Below are positions 21,052 through 29,964 of a stretch of DNA of 64,000 nucleotides, one piece after another (within the stretch, counting starts at the first letter, position 1; the number at the start of each line of letters is the position of its first letter). This stretch comes from an uncultured Thermoplasmata archaeon (GTDB lineage: Archaea > Thermoplasmatota > Thermoplasmata > Lutacidiplasmatales > UBA184), in contig CAWISZ010000004.1 of NCBI GenBank assembly GCA_963838955.1, forward strand, positions 401,979-465,978, written 5' to 3'. The position numbers were made by a program, and so were the translations under genes. The notes beneath the pieces are model-generated. The model worked only from the letters and a program-made list of their open reading frames with translations, was not told the DNA's origin and ran no database searches.

Positions 21052-22680
21052 CTAGCGGGCCCGCAGGTAGCGGTAGAGCACTTCGCTGATCGCGCCGATG
21101 AGGCGGGGCTCCGCGCTCTCCTCGGCCTCGTGGATGTGGGCCTCGCGATCCATGCTGCCGAAGACGAGCGCCGGGATCGGTTCGCCCGCGCCCGTCTTGA
21201 GGTCCCGGAACGCACTCGCGTCCGTGCCCCCGTACTCCCCGAAGATCCCCTCGACCCCCAGAACTTCGTGAAGCAGCCGCTCGAGGCGGACGGCGGCCGG
21301 ATGGGTCGGCGGAAGCGAATAGCCCGGTCGGCAGCGGCTAGGTGGCGCGACGATCTGGGCCGAGGGGGCATGGCGCGCGGTCCACCCGCGGATCTCTCCG
21401 AGCGCCGCGGTCAAGCCATCGGTCAGATCCATCTCCGGAGGAAGCCGAAGGTCGACGGTGAACGACGCGGGAGCGGAAGTGGACAGGTCGACGAGCTCCT
21501 GCTTTCCGGCCCTGTCGAGCAGATGGAGCGTCGCCGGAACCGGATTGCGGGCGCGATGCGGATAGCCCCCGTGGCCGCTCTCACCGATGAGCGCGAGGCC
21601 GAGCGTCCCGTCTGGTATCGGTACGGAACTGGCCCCGACGGGCTCGAGGCGGAAGCCGGGAGGAAGCAGCGGGGAGAGCGCGGCGGCGAGCTCGGCGCGC
21701 TTCGGTGCGGGGCCATCGAAGATGAGGGTCACCGACTGGGGAATCTGGTTCGCCGCGTCGCTCTCGGCATGCACCTGGACGAGCGAGACACGATTTCCGT
21801 CACGGGCGGCGGGTCCGAAGTCGATCCGGGTGACGGTGGCGCGACCCGTGATGATCGGTTCGGGGGCCTGGTGGTCCGGCCAGTCGGGCGACGCGAGCGT
21901 GGAGCGCCACTCCCGCGCGAGGGCGTGCAGGCCGACCAGGGCTTCGCCGTAGGAGAGCGTCTCGCCCAGCGGCCTCGGTCGGTCGAACGTCGCGTCGAGG
22001 AAGGCCACCCCGGAGGACCCCGCCGTCGCGTGCGGGCTCCCATCCGGGATCAGCACCACATCCGCCGAAAGGATCCGCTCCTCGCTTCCGGCCGGGAGGT
22101 GCTCGTCGTGCTCCTTGATCGCCTCGATGCCGCCCTCGCCTCCGGTCTCTTCGTCGCAGCAGGCGAGCAAGCGAACGTTGGTCGGGAGGTCCGGCTGATC
22201 CACGAGGCGCTTCATCGCCAGCAGCGAGGCCAGGACGCCGCTGCCGAGATCGTCGTTCGAGCCGCGTCCATAGATCCGCCCGTTTCCGCGCGCGGTCAGG
22301 GTGAACGGAGGGCTCTTCCAGCGGGCGCGTTGCTCGTGCGGCACCGGGACCACGTCGTAGTGGGCGAGGATGAGCGCGGTCCGGCGCGCTCCCGCATCGA
22401 GGTCGATGATGACGTTGGGCCGTGGCTGGCCGTGGAAGTCGGTCGCGAGATCACCGGCGACGAGGGGGTCGTAGATCCGGGTGGCGAGCCCGAAGTCTCG
22501 TGCCGCCCGCGCGATGCGCTCCGACGCGCGCAGGTAGTTCGGCTTCTCCCACCGACCTCGTGCCGGGTCCTCCAGGTTCGTCGGTGCGATCGAGACGAGG
22601 TTGCTGAGTAGGCGGAGCCCCTCCGGGTCGCCGATCGCACGGCTCACCGACTCCGGAATCTCCCCCGCATCGTCGGCCAT
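21052..22680 (-). CDS. M20/M25/M40 metallohydrolase (ArgE/DapE-like) with enlarged lid region
   Basis: AHYDVVP, YGRGSNDD, DEETG, GGTDA, HEAEE. Confidence 0.88.
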   Translation of the reverse strand: MADDAGEIPESVSRAIGDPEGLRLLSNLVSIAPTNLEDPARGRWEKPNYLRASERIARAARDFGLATRIYDPLVAGDLATDFHGQPRPNVIIDLDAGARRTALILAHYDVVPVPHEQRARWKSPPFTLTARGNGRIYGRGSNDDLGSGVLASLLAMKRLVDQPDLPTNVRLLACCDEETGGEGGIEAIKEHDEHLPAGSEERILSADVVLIPDGSPHATAGSSGVAFLDATFDRPRPLGETLSYGEALVGLHALAREWRSTLASPDWPDHQAPEPIITGRATVTRIDFGPAARDGNRVSLVQVHAESDAANQIPQSVTLIFDGPAPKRAELAAALSPLLPPGFRLEPVGASSVPIPDGTLGLALIGESGHGGYPHRARNPVPATLHLLDRAGKQELVDLSTSAPASFTVDLRLPPEMDLTDGLTAALGEIRGWTARHAPSAQIVAPPSRCRPGYSLPPTHPAAVRLERLLHEVLGVEGIFGEYGGTDASAFRDLKTGAGEPIPALVFGSMDREAHIHEAEESAEPRLIGAISEVLYRYLRAR

Positions 22681-22693
22681 GGTTCGTTCCGAT

Positions 22694-24520
22694 CTAGGGG
22701 GCCGCGATCAGCACGACCAGCGAGCTCGCAAGGAGCAGCAGAAACGTGGTCAGTAGCGCGTTCCCCAGGACCGAAACCGTGTCCCCGATGGAGGTCAAAA
22801 GCCGTGCGGTGTAGCCCGGACCGAGCGCCAGGACGTCCGGGACCTCCTTGGTTCCGCGCCGGATCTCTACCGGTCCGAGATTCCCGATCGCCTCGCGCGC
22901 CACCGCGACCGCATCGCGAGCGATGGACGCCCCCGAGTATCGCTCTCCGACGGGGTTGGTCGAGCCGTCGGATTCGTGGACCACGTGGTTGTCGGTCGTC
23001 ATGACCTCGGCGACGTCGACCACGCTCTCGAGCGCCCGGACGATCGGCTCGCGCAGGCCGGCGTTGAGGTTGTTTCCGTCGATCAATAGGTAGGCCGAGG
23101 TCGACCCCGCGGCCCGAATGACGAGCGTGCGCAGGCCTTGGGAGGCGAGCCCCTGGTGCGGAAGATCGTAGTCGGTCCGTGCGGCCACCCCGATCTCGAT
23201 CGGTCCGGCGCGCGCCGCGGCGACGGCCGCCCGCACCGCGGCCTTCGCGTCGGTGACGAGCTTTTCGGCCGTCGTGGTGCCGTACTGAACATCGCCCTGG
23301 TCCACGACGTAGGAGTTGTGCGCGTCGATGAGCGCGACCATCGGGCCTCCCTCGGCGTAGATCTCCCGGACGATCCGGTCGGCGATCGACAGCGAGATGT
23401 CGTCGGTCGGTGCCGGGGCCTGGGAGACGACGACGAGCGCGACATCCCCCAGAAGCTGGGCGCGAGCGAAGCTGCCCGGATACGGAGCGACGAGCGGGCT
23501 CGCCATGGAGGTCGACGCGGGGGCCATCTCCGTAAACAGTGCACGGCAGGCGTCGCCCACCTTCGCGACCTCGGCCTCGGAGGGAAGATCGAGGTCGTGG
23601 TCGCACGGGGTGTGCGGAACGAACGCGATACCGGCTTCGGGGCCGAGGCGTTCCGTGAGCTTCCTTGGAAGATCGCTCGCGCCGAGCGCTCCGAACGGTC
23701 CGGGGTGGACGGTCGGGAGCGCGATGGTCGCACGAGCCCGACCTCCCGCGAAGAAGCCGATGAGGCTGACGCGCAGGTTCATCGGCATGGCGCTTTTCAG
23801 AAAGAACTCCTCGAGCTTCTGGGTGGCCACGGGGTCGCGACGGTTGACGTGGTCGAGCAGCGGCCGCATCATCGCGAGGCCCGAGCTATCGAACTCCTTG
23901 CGCAGCGGGCGGTCTACCGCGCGCAGGAAGAGCAGGACGCAGACGAACGCGACGACGAGGTAGACGATGGCGGACAATGCGATCACGGCGGTCGCGGGCG
24001 GGAAGAGGATCGATGCGAGGACGAGCGCGAGGATCGGCTGAAGCAGCGATACCGGGAGCGATCGAGCCTGGTTCGGGCTCGAGAGCCCGTAGAGGCTCAT
24101 GTGTCGGAACCAAAGTGCGGGCCCCTGGACCATGAAGACCAGCGCGATGATGGGGATCCCGAGCGACGGCGCGAGGAGCTGCGCTCCTCGACCGACGAGG
24201 GCGAACGGGAGCTCGAGCGCGAGCGTCATCACGACGAGGAAGAGACTCCGCGGGAGCTCGATGCGTCCCCCGAGAGCGGCCGCAAGCGGAGTGGTGCCGA
24301 AGGCGGCGATCAACGCCGGAACTAGAAATGCGAGGGTGACCAGCTCGAGATAGGAGAGAAGCGATGCACCGGGGAGCGCGAGGATCGCCGCGAGCGCGAA
24401 CGATAGGACGAAGATGAGCCCGACCGCCGTAAGCGGGCTCGGCGCCCGGAGGAAGAGGTGGGAGGCGCTGTGGGGCTTGGTGCCCGGCGTCTCCCCCGGC
24501 GCGGGATTCTCAGCGGCCAC
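22694..24520 (-). CDS. DUF2070 membrane protein (ceramidase-like C-terminal domain)
   Basis: N-terminal TM bundle; VHPGPFG, H..CDHDLD, IDAHN, IDGNN, TTDNH. Confidence 0.85.
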   Translation of the reverse strand: MAAENPAPGETPGTKPHSASHLFLRAPSPLTAVGLIFVLSFALAAILALPGASLLSYLELVTLAFLVPALIAAFGTTPLAAALGGRIELPRSLFLVVMTLALELPFALVGRGAQLLAPSLGIPIIALVFMVQGPALWFRHMSLYGLSSPNQARSLPVSLLQPILALVLASILFPPATAVIALSAIVYLVVAFVCVLLFLRAVDRPLRKEFDSSGLAMMRPLLDHVNRRDPVATQKLEEFFLKSAMPMNLRVSLIGFFAGGRARATIALPTVHPGPFGALGASDLPRKLTERLGPEAGIAFVPHTPCDHDLDLPSEAEVAKVGDACRALFTEMAPASTSMASPLVAPYPGSFARAQLLGDVALVVVSQAPAPTDDISLSIADRIVREIYAEGGPMVALIDAHNSYVVDQGDVQYGTTTAEKLVTDAKAAVRAAVAAARAGPIEIGVAARTDYDLPHQGLASQGLRTLVIRAAGSTSAYLLIDGNNLNAGLREPIVRALESVVDVAEVMTTDNHVVHESDGSTNPVGERYSGASIARDAVAVAREAIGNLGPVEIRRGTKEVPDVLALGPGYTARLLTSIGDTVSVLGNALLTTFLLLLASSLVVLIAAP

Positions 24521-25277
24521 GGGCGCGCCCGACCTCCGCCAGTATCTCCCGGAACTCGCGCGAAAGACCCTCCGTTTCCGTGATCGTGCCGGTGACGAGC
24601 GCCTGGGCACCGGCATCCAAGAGGATCCGGGCCTCGGCGCCGCTCCGAATGCCGCCGCCGACGATGAGAGGCACGGAGAGGACCGATCGAACGGCGCGCA
24701 CCATCGCGGCCGGAACCGGGGCGGGCGCTCCCGAGCCGGCCTCGAGGTACACCCAGCGCATCCCAAGATACTCCGCCGCGAGGGCGTAGCCCTGAGCGCC
24801 GGCGAGATCCTCTCGGGCCACGACGTCCGCTTCTCCGACCTCTCCGACACGCATCCCGGGGGCGATGACGAGGTAGCCCATCGCGATGGGTTCGATCCCG
24901 AGAGCCTTCACTGCGAGAGCGGCCCGGGCGTGGGTGCGGATGACGAGGTCGAGGTTGCGCGAATTGAGCAGGCTCATGAAGAAGATCGCGTGCGCCGCCG
25001 GGGAGAGCGAACCGGGGCCCTCGGGGAAAATGATCGTGGGGGCCTCCACGGCGGCGCGGACCGCCCGCGCCACCGCATCCATCCGGTCCCGAGAGATCCC
25101 GGTCGATCCTCCGAGCATGATGGCATCGGAACCGAGCCCGACCGCTTCCCGGGCAACCTCCGCCGCTCGTTCCGGGCCCGAGCGATCCGGGTCGATGAGG
25201 GTCAGGTGGATCGGACCGGCCGCCACCCGCTCGGCCAGACTCCGCTCGACCGGTCCGACAGCGGGAGGAGGCGTCAC
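24510..25277 (-). CDS. Geranylgeranylglyceryl phosphate synthase (GGGPS)
   Basis: HLTLIDPD, MLGGSTG, FMSLLNS, YLEAGSGA, VGGGIR. Confidence 0.95.
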   Translation of the reverse strand: MTPPPAVGPVERSLAERVAAGPIHLTLIDPDRSGPERAAEVAREAVGLGSDAIMLGGSTGISRDRMDAVARAVRAAVEAPTIIFPEGPGSLSPAAHAIFFMSLLNSRNLDLVIRTHARAALAVKALGIEPIAMGYLVIAPGMRVGEVGEADVVAREDLAGAQGYALAAEYLGMRWVYLEAGSGAPAPVPAAMVRAVRSVLSVPLIVGGGIRSGAEARILLDAGAQALVTGTITETEGLSREFREILAEVGRARGR

Positions 25278-26122
25278 CGGAAGGCCACCGCCAGGAAGGC
25301 GCACAGGGCGACCGTCATCGCGACCTTGCTCATCGTTTGCTCCCAGTGGAGGCGCGTCGGGAGGTAGGCGACGGATACCACGAAGATCGCATCGGCCACG
25401 AGGACCAGCCCGAGGTAGATAATCCCGGCGACACTCCCGAGAGGGAGGAACCACAGGAACGGCACCGCGCTCGCGGCGATCGCAACCCCGACCGAGGCTC
25501 GGGCGACGCCTCCGGAGACGGAAAGGCCGTGGGTCTGGGGCAACGTTCGACGATCGACATCGCCGCGGACATCCTCCATGTCCTTGATCACCTCACGACT
25601 GAGCGTGGCGAAGAATGCCATCGCCGCGAACGGGACCATCACGAGCGGAGCACCGGCGGCGGCGCCCCCGTACAGGAAGACGAGCCCGGTCAGCAGGGCC
25701 ACCACGAGGTTTCCGACGAACCCGCGCGCCTTGAACCGGTACTGGTACGCCAGCAGCGCGCCGGCCGCGATCGCGAGGATCACCCCGACCGCCGGGTACG
25801 TGGGGATGATCGGGACTACGACGATCACTCCCGCCACGAAGAGTCCCGCGGTCAGCGCCCGGGCCTGGGAGAGCGAGATCGTGCCCTGGACGAGTGGACG
25901 GTCCGGGTGGTTCGTCCGATCGGTCTCGACGTCGAAGAGGTCGTTGAGGACGTTTCCCGCCGCGGTGACGCACGCGGTGGAGACCGCGGCGAGCACGACC
26001 GCGATCCAGAACGAGGAAGATACTCCCAGCCCCATTCCGGCGGCCGCCAGGCCGCCCACGAGGACGCCGACGAACGAGACGAGCAGGTTCCCTGCCCGGA
26101 CGAGCCGCAGCCAGGGGTTCAC
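25274..26122 (-). CDS. Digeranylgeranylglyceryl phosphate synthase (UbiA family)
   Basis: NDLFDVETDRTNHPDRPL and REVIKDMEDVRGD Asp-rich motifs; adjacent to GGGPS. Confidence 0.92.
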   Translation of the reverse strand: MNPWLRLVRAGNLLVSFVGVLVGGLAAAGMGLGVSSSFWIAVVLAAVSTACVTAAGNVLNDLFDVETDRTNHPDRPLVQGTISLSQARALTAGLFVAGVIVVVPIIPTYPAVGVILAIAAGALLAYQYRFKARGFVGNLVVALLTGLVFLYGGAAAGAPLVMVPFAAMAFFATLSREVIKDMEDVRGDVDRRTLPQTHGLSVSGGVARASVGVAIAASAVPFLWFLPLGSVAGIIYLGLVLVADAIFVVSVAYLPTRLHWEQTMSKVAMTVALCAFLAVAFR

Positions 26123-26286
26123 GCCCCGGTGGGCACCGGTGGCGGCATAATCGTATCGCTCCTTGGCGATGAGCCATCTGGGGAGCCTCTCGATCCCGCC
26201 CTCGGGAGAGGCGCCGGGGGGTCGCGTCCCCCCGGGCCCCCGGCCGTTCTGCTCGTTATAAGCGCGGGAGCGTCGAGAGCTTTCGC

Positions 26287-27603
26287 ATGCCGTCGAATCG
26301 GGTTCCGCGACCGCGCGTTCGCCGCTTCCGTCTGCGCAACGGCCTCGAGGTTCTCCTCGCCCCGAATCCTGCCAGTCCCACGGCGAGCGTATGGGTCTGG
26401 TACCGCGTGGGGTCCAAGAACGAGCATCCGGGGATCACGGGCGGCGCCCACTGGCTCGAACACATGCTCTTCCAAGGGACCCCGAAGTATGCGAAGGGGG
26501 AGATCGATCGCGCAATCCTGAACGTCGGGGGTCTGCTGAACGCATTCACCGATCTCGACTACACGGCCTACTTCTCTACCGTGCCCCGAGAGCATCTGGA
26601 CATCCCGATCGACATCGAGGCCGACCGGATGACGCGAGCCCTGCTCATGCCCAAGGAGGTGGACCGGGAACGGACCGTCGTCCTCTCAGAGAGAGAAGGG
26701 AACGAGAACTGGCCGGAGTTCCGGGTCGAGGAGGAGCTCTACGAGCTCGCCTTCCGCCGCCACCCGTACCGGTGGGACGCCCTCGGGTACCGGACCGACA
26801 TCGAGCACATGGGCGCCGGGGACCTACGCGATTACTACCGTCGATTCTACGGGACCCGCAACGCGGTGCTGGTGGTGACTGGAGGCTTCGATCCTCGAAC
26901 GGTGGAAGGCGATGTTCGCCGGCGATTCTCCCCGCTGCCCGCGGGCGGGGCCGATCCTACCGTACGGGAGATCGAACCTCCGGCCCGCGGGGAGCGACGC
27001 TCGACCCTCTCCGGGCCGGGGACGACTCCCCTCATTGCGATCGCGTACCGATCGCCCGCTATCGATGAGGCGAGCACACCCGCGACGATGCTGATCGATG
27101 TCCTCCTGGGTGGGGAGACCCGCATGTTCTCCGCCGGCAGTCGCTCCCGTTCGGGGGAACACCCCGGGTCTCGCCTCTATCGGTCCCTCGTCGACCCCGG
27201 GCTCGCCGTCCGCGCGACGAGCGAGTGGCGCGCGCGGGTCCACCCCGGACTGTTCACCGTTTACGCCCAAGCCTCGCCCGGCGTGTCCCTCGACCGCATC
27301 GAAGCGGCGATCGATGGCGCGCTCGATGGTCTCACGCGCGAGGGTCCCACGGCCGCGGAGCTCAACGAGGCGCGGACCAAGGTCCGGCGCGGCGCGGCTC
27401 TCGCCTACGAGGGAGCGACGCGGGCGGGCTACCGGCTCGGCTACTTCGCGTCGATCCGGCCGCCCGGGTTCGAGGATCGGCTCTACCGAGCGATCCTGGG
27501 GACGCCGGCGTCGAGGATCCGCGAGACCGCGCGGGGCCTCTTCTCCAAGGATCGGCGTGTGGTCGTCCGCTACGAGCCGATCGGAGGTGCGAACGATGAC
27601 TGA
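26287..27603 (+). CDS. M16B zinc peptidase, catalytic subunit
   Basis: HWLEHM (HxxEH), NAFT..DYTAY, ERTVVLSER, HPY. Confidence 0.92.
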   Translation: MPSNRVPRPRVRRFRLRNGLEVLLAPNPASPTASVWVWYRVGSKNEHPGITGGAHWLEHMLFQGTPKYAKGEIDRAILNVGGLLNAFTDLDYTAYFSTVPREHLDIPIDIEADRMTRALLMPKEVDRERTVVLSEREGNENWPEFRVEEELYELAFRRHPYRWDALGYRTDIEHMGAGDLRDYYRRFYGTRNAVLVVTGGFDPRTVEGDVRRRFSPLPAGGADPTVREIEPPARGERRSTLSGPGTTPLIAIAYRSPAIDEASTPATMLIDVLLGGETRMFSAGSRSRSGEHPGSRLYRSLVDPGLAVRATSEWRARVHPGLFTVYAQASPGVSLDRIEAAIDGALDGLTREGPTAAELNEARTKVRRGAALAYEGATRAGYRLGYFASIRPPGFEDRLYRAILGTPASRIRETARGLFSKDRRVVVRYEPIGGANDD

Positions 27604-28870
27604 GCGGGCGAACCCGCTCCGGATGGAGTACGGGACGCACGACGCCGGGCTCCGGCTCCTCCGACAGTCTCCTCCAGCGGGCGCGGCCAGCGCGTCGATC
27701 ACGTACGTGGGACCCGCGGGCTACGGATTCGATCCGCCGGGCGGAGAAGGGATCGCCCGGATGGTCGCCCGCCTCGCGACCAGCGCGGCGGGGCCGTTCG
27801 GCCGGGTCGCGCTCGCGCGCGAACTCGACCGAGCCGGCGCGACCCTGACGGCCCAGATCGCTCCGGAATCGGCGGAGATCACGATCTGGGGCCCGGCGAC
27901 GGACTGGGAATCGCTCCTCGAGCTCCTCTCCCACGCCATTCTCCGCCCGCGGTTCGACGAGGAGGACATCGAGCGGGTCCAGCGCCAGCTGCGGGAGAGC
28001 CAGCTTCGGGAACTGACACAGCCGGACCACCGCGCCGAACGGGAGCTCCTCCGAACCATCTTTCCCGGGGGTCACCCGTACCGGGAGACCGGATGGGGAA
28101 GCGCCCGCTCGGTCGGGCGGATCGATCGACGCCGACTCGTCCGTTTCCATCGCGAGCATTACACCGCCGACGGAGGCATGCTGGTCGCCACGGTCCCAGC
28201 CGCGTTGAAGCGGTTGGAACGGGCGTGCGCGCAGCGCTTGGGCCACTTCGCGCGGGCGAGGGCACCGAGCCCCCTCCGGCCTCGCCCCGTACCCGGCCGT
28301 CGCGTGATCCGGGAAATCGAGATGCCCGGAAGGTCCCAGACGGAGGTCCACACTGGAGGACCATCGATCGCCCGCCGAGAGGAGCTGTTCCCGGCGGCGT
28401 TCCTCGCCAACGAGGTGCTCGGCGGACGGCCTCTCCTGTCGCGTCTGTTCCAGAAGATCCGCGAGCGGGCCGGCCTCGCCTACCATGCGTCGAGCGATCT
28501 GGAAGCGATGCGCCTCGGCGGGTACTGGACGGCGCAGGCCGGTACGAACCCGGAGAACGCGCGTCGGGTCGAGAAGCTTCTGATCGGGGAGGTCGACCGG
28601 ATGCAGGAGGAACTCGTTCGCCCGCGGGAGCTCGACCAGATCCGCGAGAGCGCCATCGGTGAAATGGCGCTGTCCTTGGAGACTACGTCGACGGCGCACG
28701 AGCTCGCCATCGACCTCGCCTACCACGATCTGCCGCCGGACTACTGGCTCCGATGGCCCTCCACCTTGCGCGCCGTGCGTCCTCCTTCCATCCGGGATGC
28801 CGCGGCCGTCGCGATCGATGGGCGGCGGGCCGCTACGGTCCTGGCGGGGCCCTTGAAGAGGGGAACCTAG
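27596..28870 (+). CDS. M16B peptidase, non-catalytic partner subunit
   Basis: No HxxEH; has GHPY and SRLFQKIRERAGLAY (R/Y motif); overlaps the first subunit. Confidence 0.88.
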   Translation: MTERANPLRMEYGTHDAGLRLLRQSPPAGAASASITYVGPAGYGFDPPGGEGIARMVARLATSAAGPFGRVALARELDRAGATLTAQIAPESAEITIWGPATDWESLLELLSHAILRPRFDEEDIERVQRQLRESQLRELTQPDHRAERELLRTIFPGGHPYRETGWGSARSVGRIDRRRLVRFHREHYTADGGMLVATVPAALKRLERACAQRLGHFARARAPSPLRPRPVPGRRVIREIEMPGRSQTEVHTGGPSIARREELFPAAFLANEVLGGRPLLSRLFQKIRERAGLAYHASSDLEAMRLGGYWTAQAGTNPENARRVEKLLIGEVDRMQEELVRPRELDQIRESAIGEMALSLETTSTAHELAIDLAYHDLPPDYWLRWPSTLRAVRPPSIRDAAAVAIDGRRAATVLAGPLKRGT

Positions 28871-29713
28871 AGGCTCCTCGATCCTCCGGCCCCACCTCGG
28901 CAAGCCGGCTCTCGGCTCCGGAATCCGCGAGCCGGCGGCCGACCCCAGTCCATAGAGAGCTCTCGGCGTCTTCGGCTCGTGCGAACAGAATCCCTTCGGC
29001 CTCGGCGGTGTACACGTAAGCGCTCTGAGCGATCTCACGATCGGCTACCGCGAGCGCGTGGCGGGAGAGCATGTGCCCGAACGCCCAGCGTCGCTTCAGA
29101 GCGAGATCCGTGAAGTGCGGCGCGTAGTGGCCGCCACCCACTCCCAGTGCGACGTGGTCGTCGTCCGCGGCGACGAGCTCGGAGAGCGTCCGCGCGAGCA
29201 GGCGCACCCGGTCCGGGGGCGGTTCCTCGAGCTCGGCGAGTCCGATCTCGGCAAAGAACGCGGGCAGTTCGAGCGCCGGCCCGTGGTGGGTCGCCTCGAA
29301 GGTCACGGGGACGCCGAGCGTCTTCGCTCCCTCGGCGAGCGAGCGTAACGCCGCGGTCATGAGCCGGGGGAGGTCGGGACGAGCCGGTGAGGCTCGCCGC
29401 CGACCTCGTTCGACGCGCCAACGTTGCCGAGGGGGTGGACCGTCAGCGCTGCGACGCCGCGCTCGCTCCGATGGATCGACGGGAAGACCAAAACGGGCCG
29501 GCGAGCCGCTAGTTCGGGAGGGAGGAGCCGGTCCAGATGCTCGTCGTGGATGTGCCACCCGGGCCGCCGGAGGAGATGCACCCCGGGAGCCAGGATGCGG
29601 ATCGGACTCCCCTCCACGTGCCAGTTGGTGGCCGCTGGAGTCCCCCACTGCCCCGCAACGGCCGTGGCGACCGGATCCATCTCGGATGCGATCACGATGT
29701 ACTCGGGACCCAC
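28833..29713 (-). CDS. dtdA: D-aminoacyl-tRNA deacylase (DTD2), frameshifted in a 5-G run near 29368
   Basis: FPSIHRS, LTVHPLGN, then EATHHGP, FAEIG, GVGGGHYAP in the other frame. Confidence 0.88.
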
Positions 29714-29964
29714 GACCCTGCGGAGAGATCTCCCCCACTTACCCCCTCCGGGCGAGCGCCGACGCAGAGGGCATCGTATCGTGCATCTCGCTCGACCGCC
29801 GCAACGGTGCACGCTCGCGCCCGTGATCGGGGCCTTCGACCCTCCCCCCGATCTGGGACCTGCGGTACTTGCGCTCCGCATCCTTTCCGTCGGATCGGGC
29901 GATCGCAAGCCCGTCGGCGCCGTCAAGGGTTATTCCGACTGCCGGTCTAGATGGTGCCGAGACG

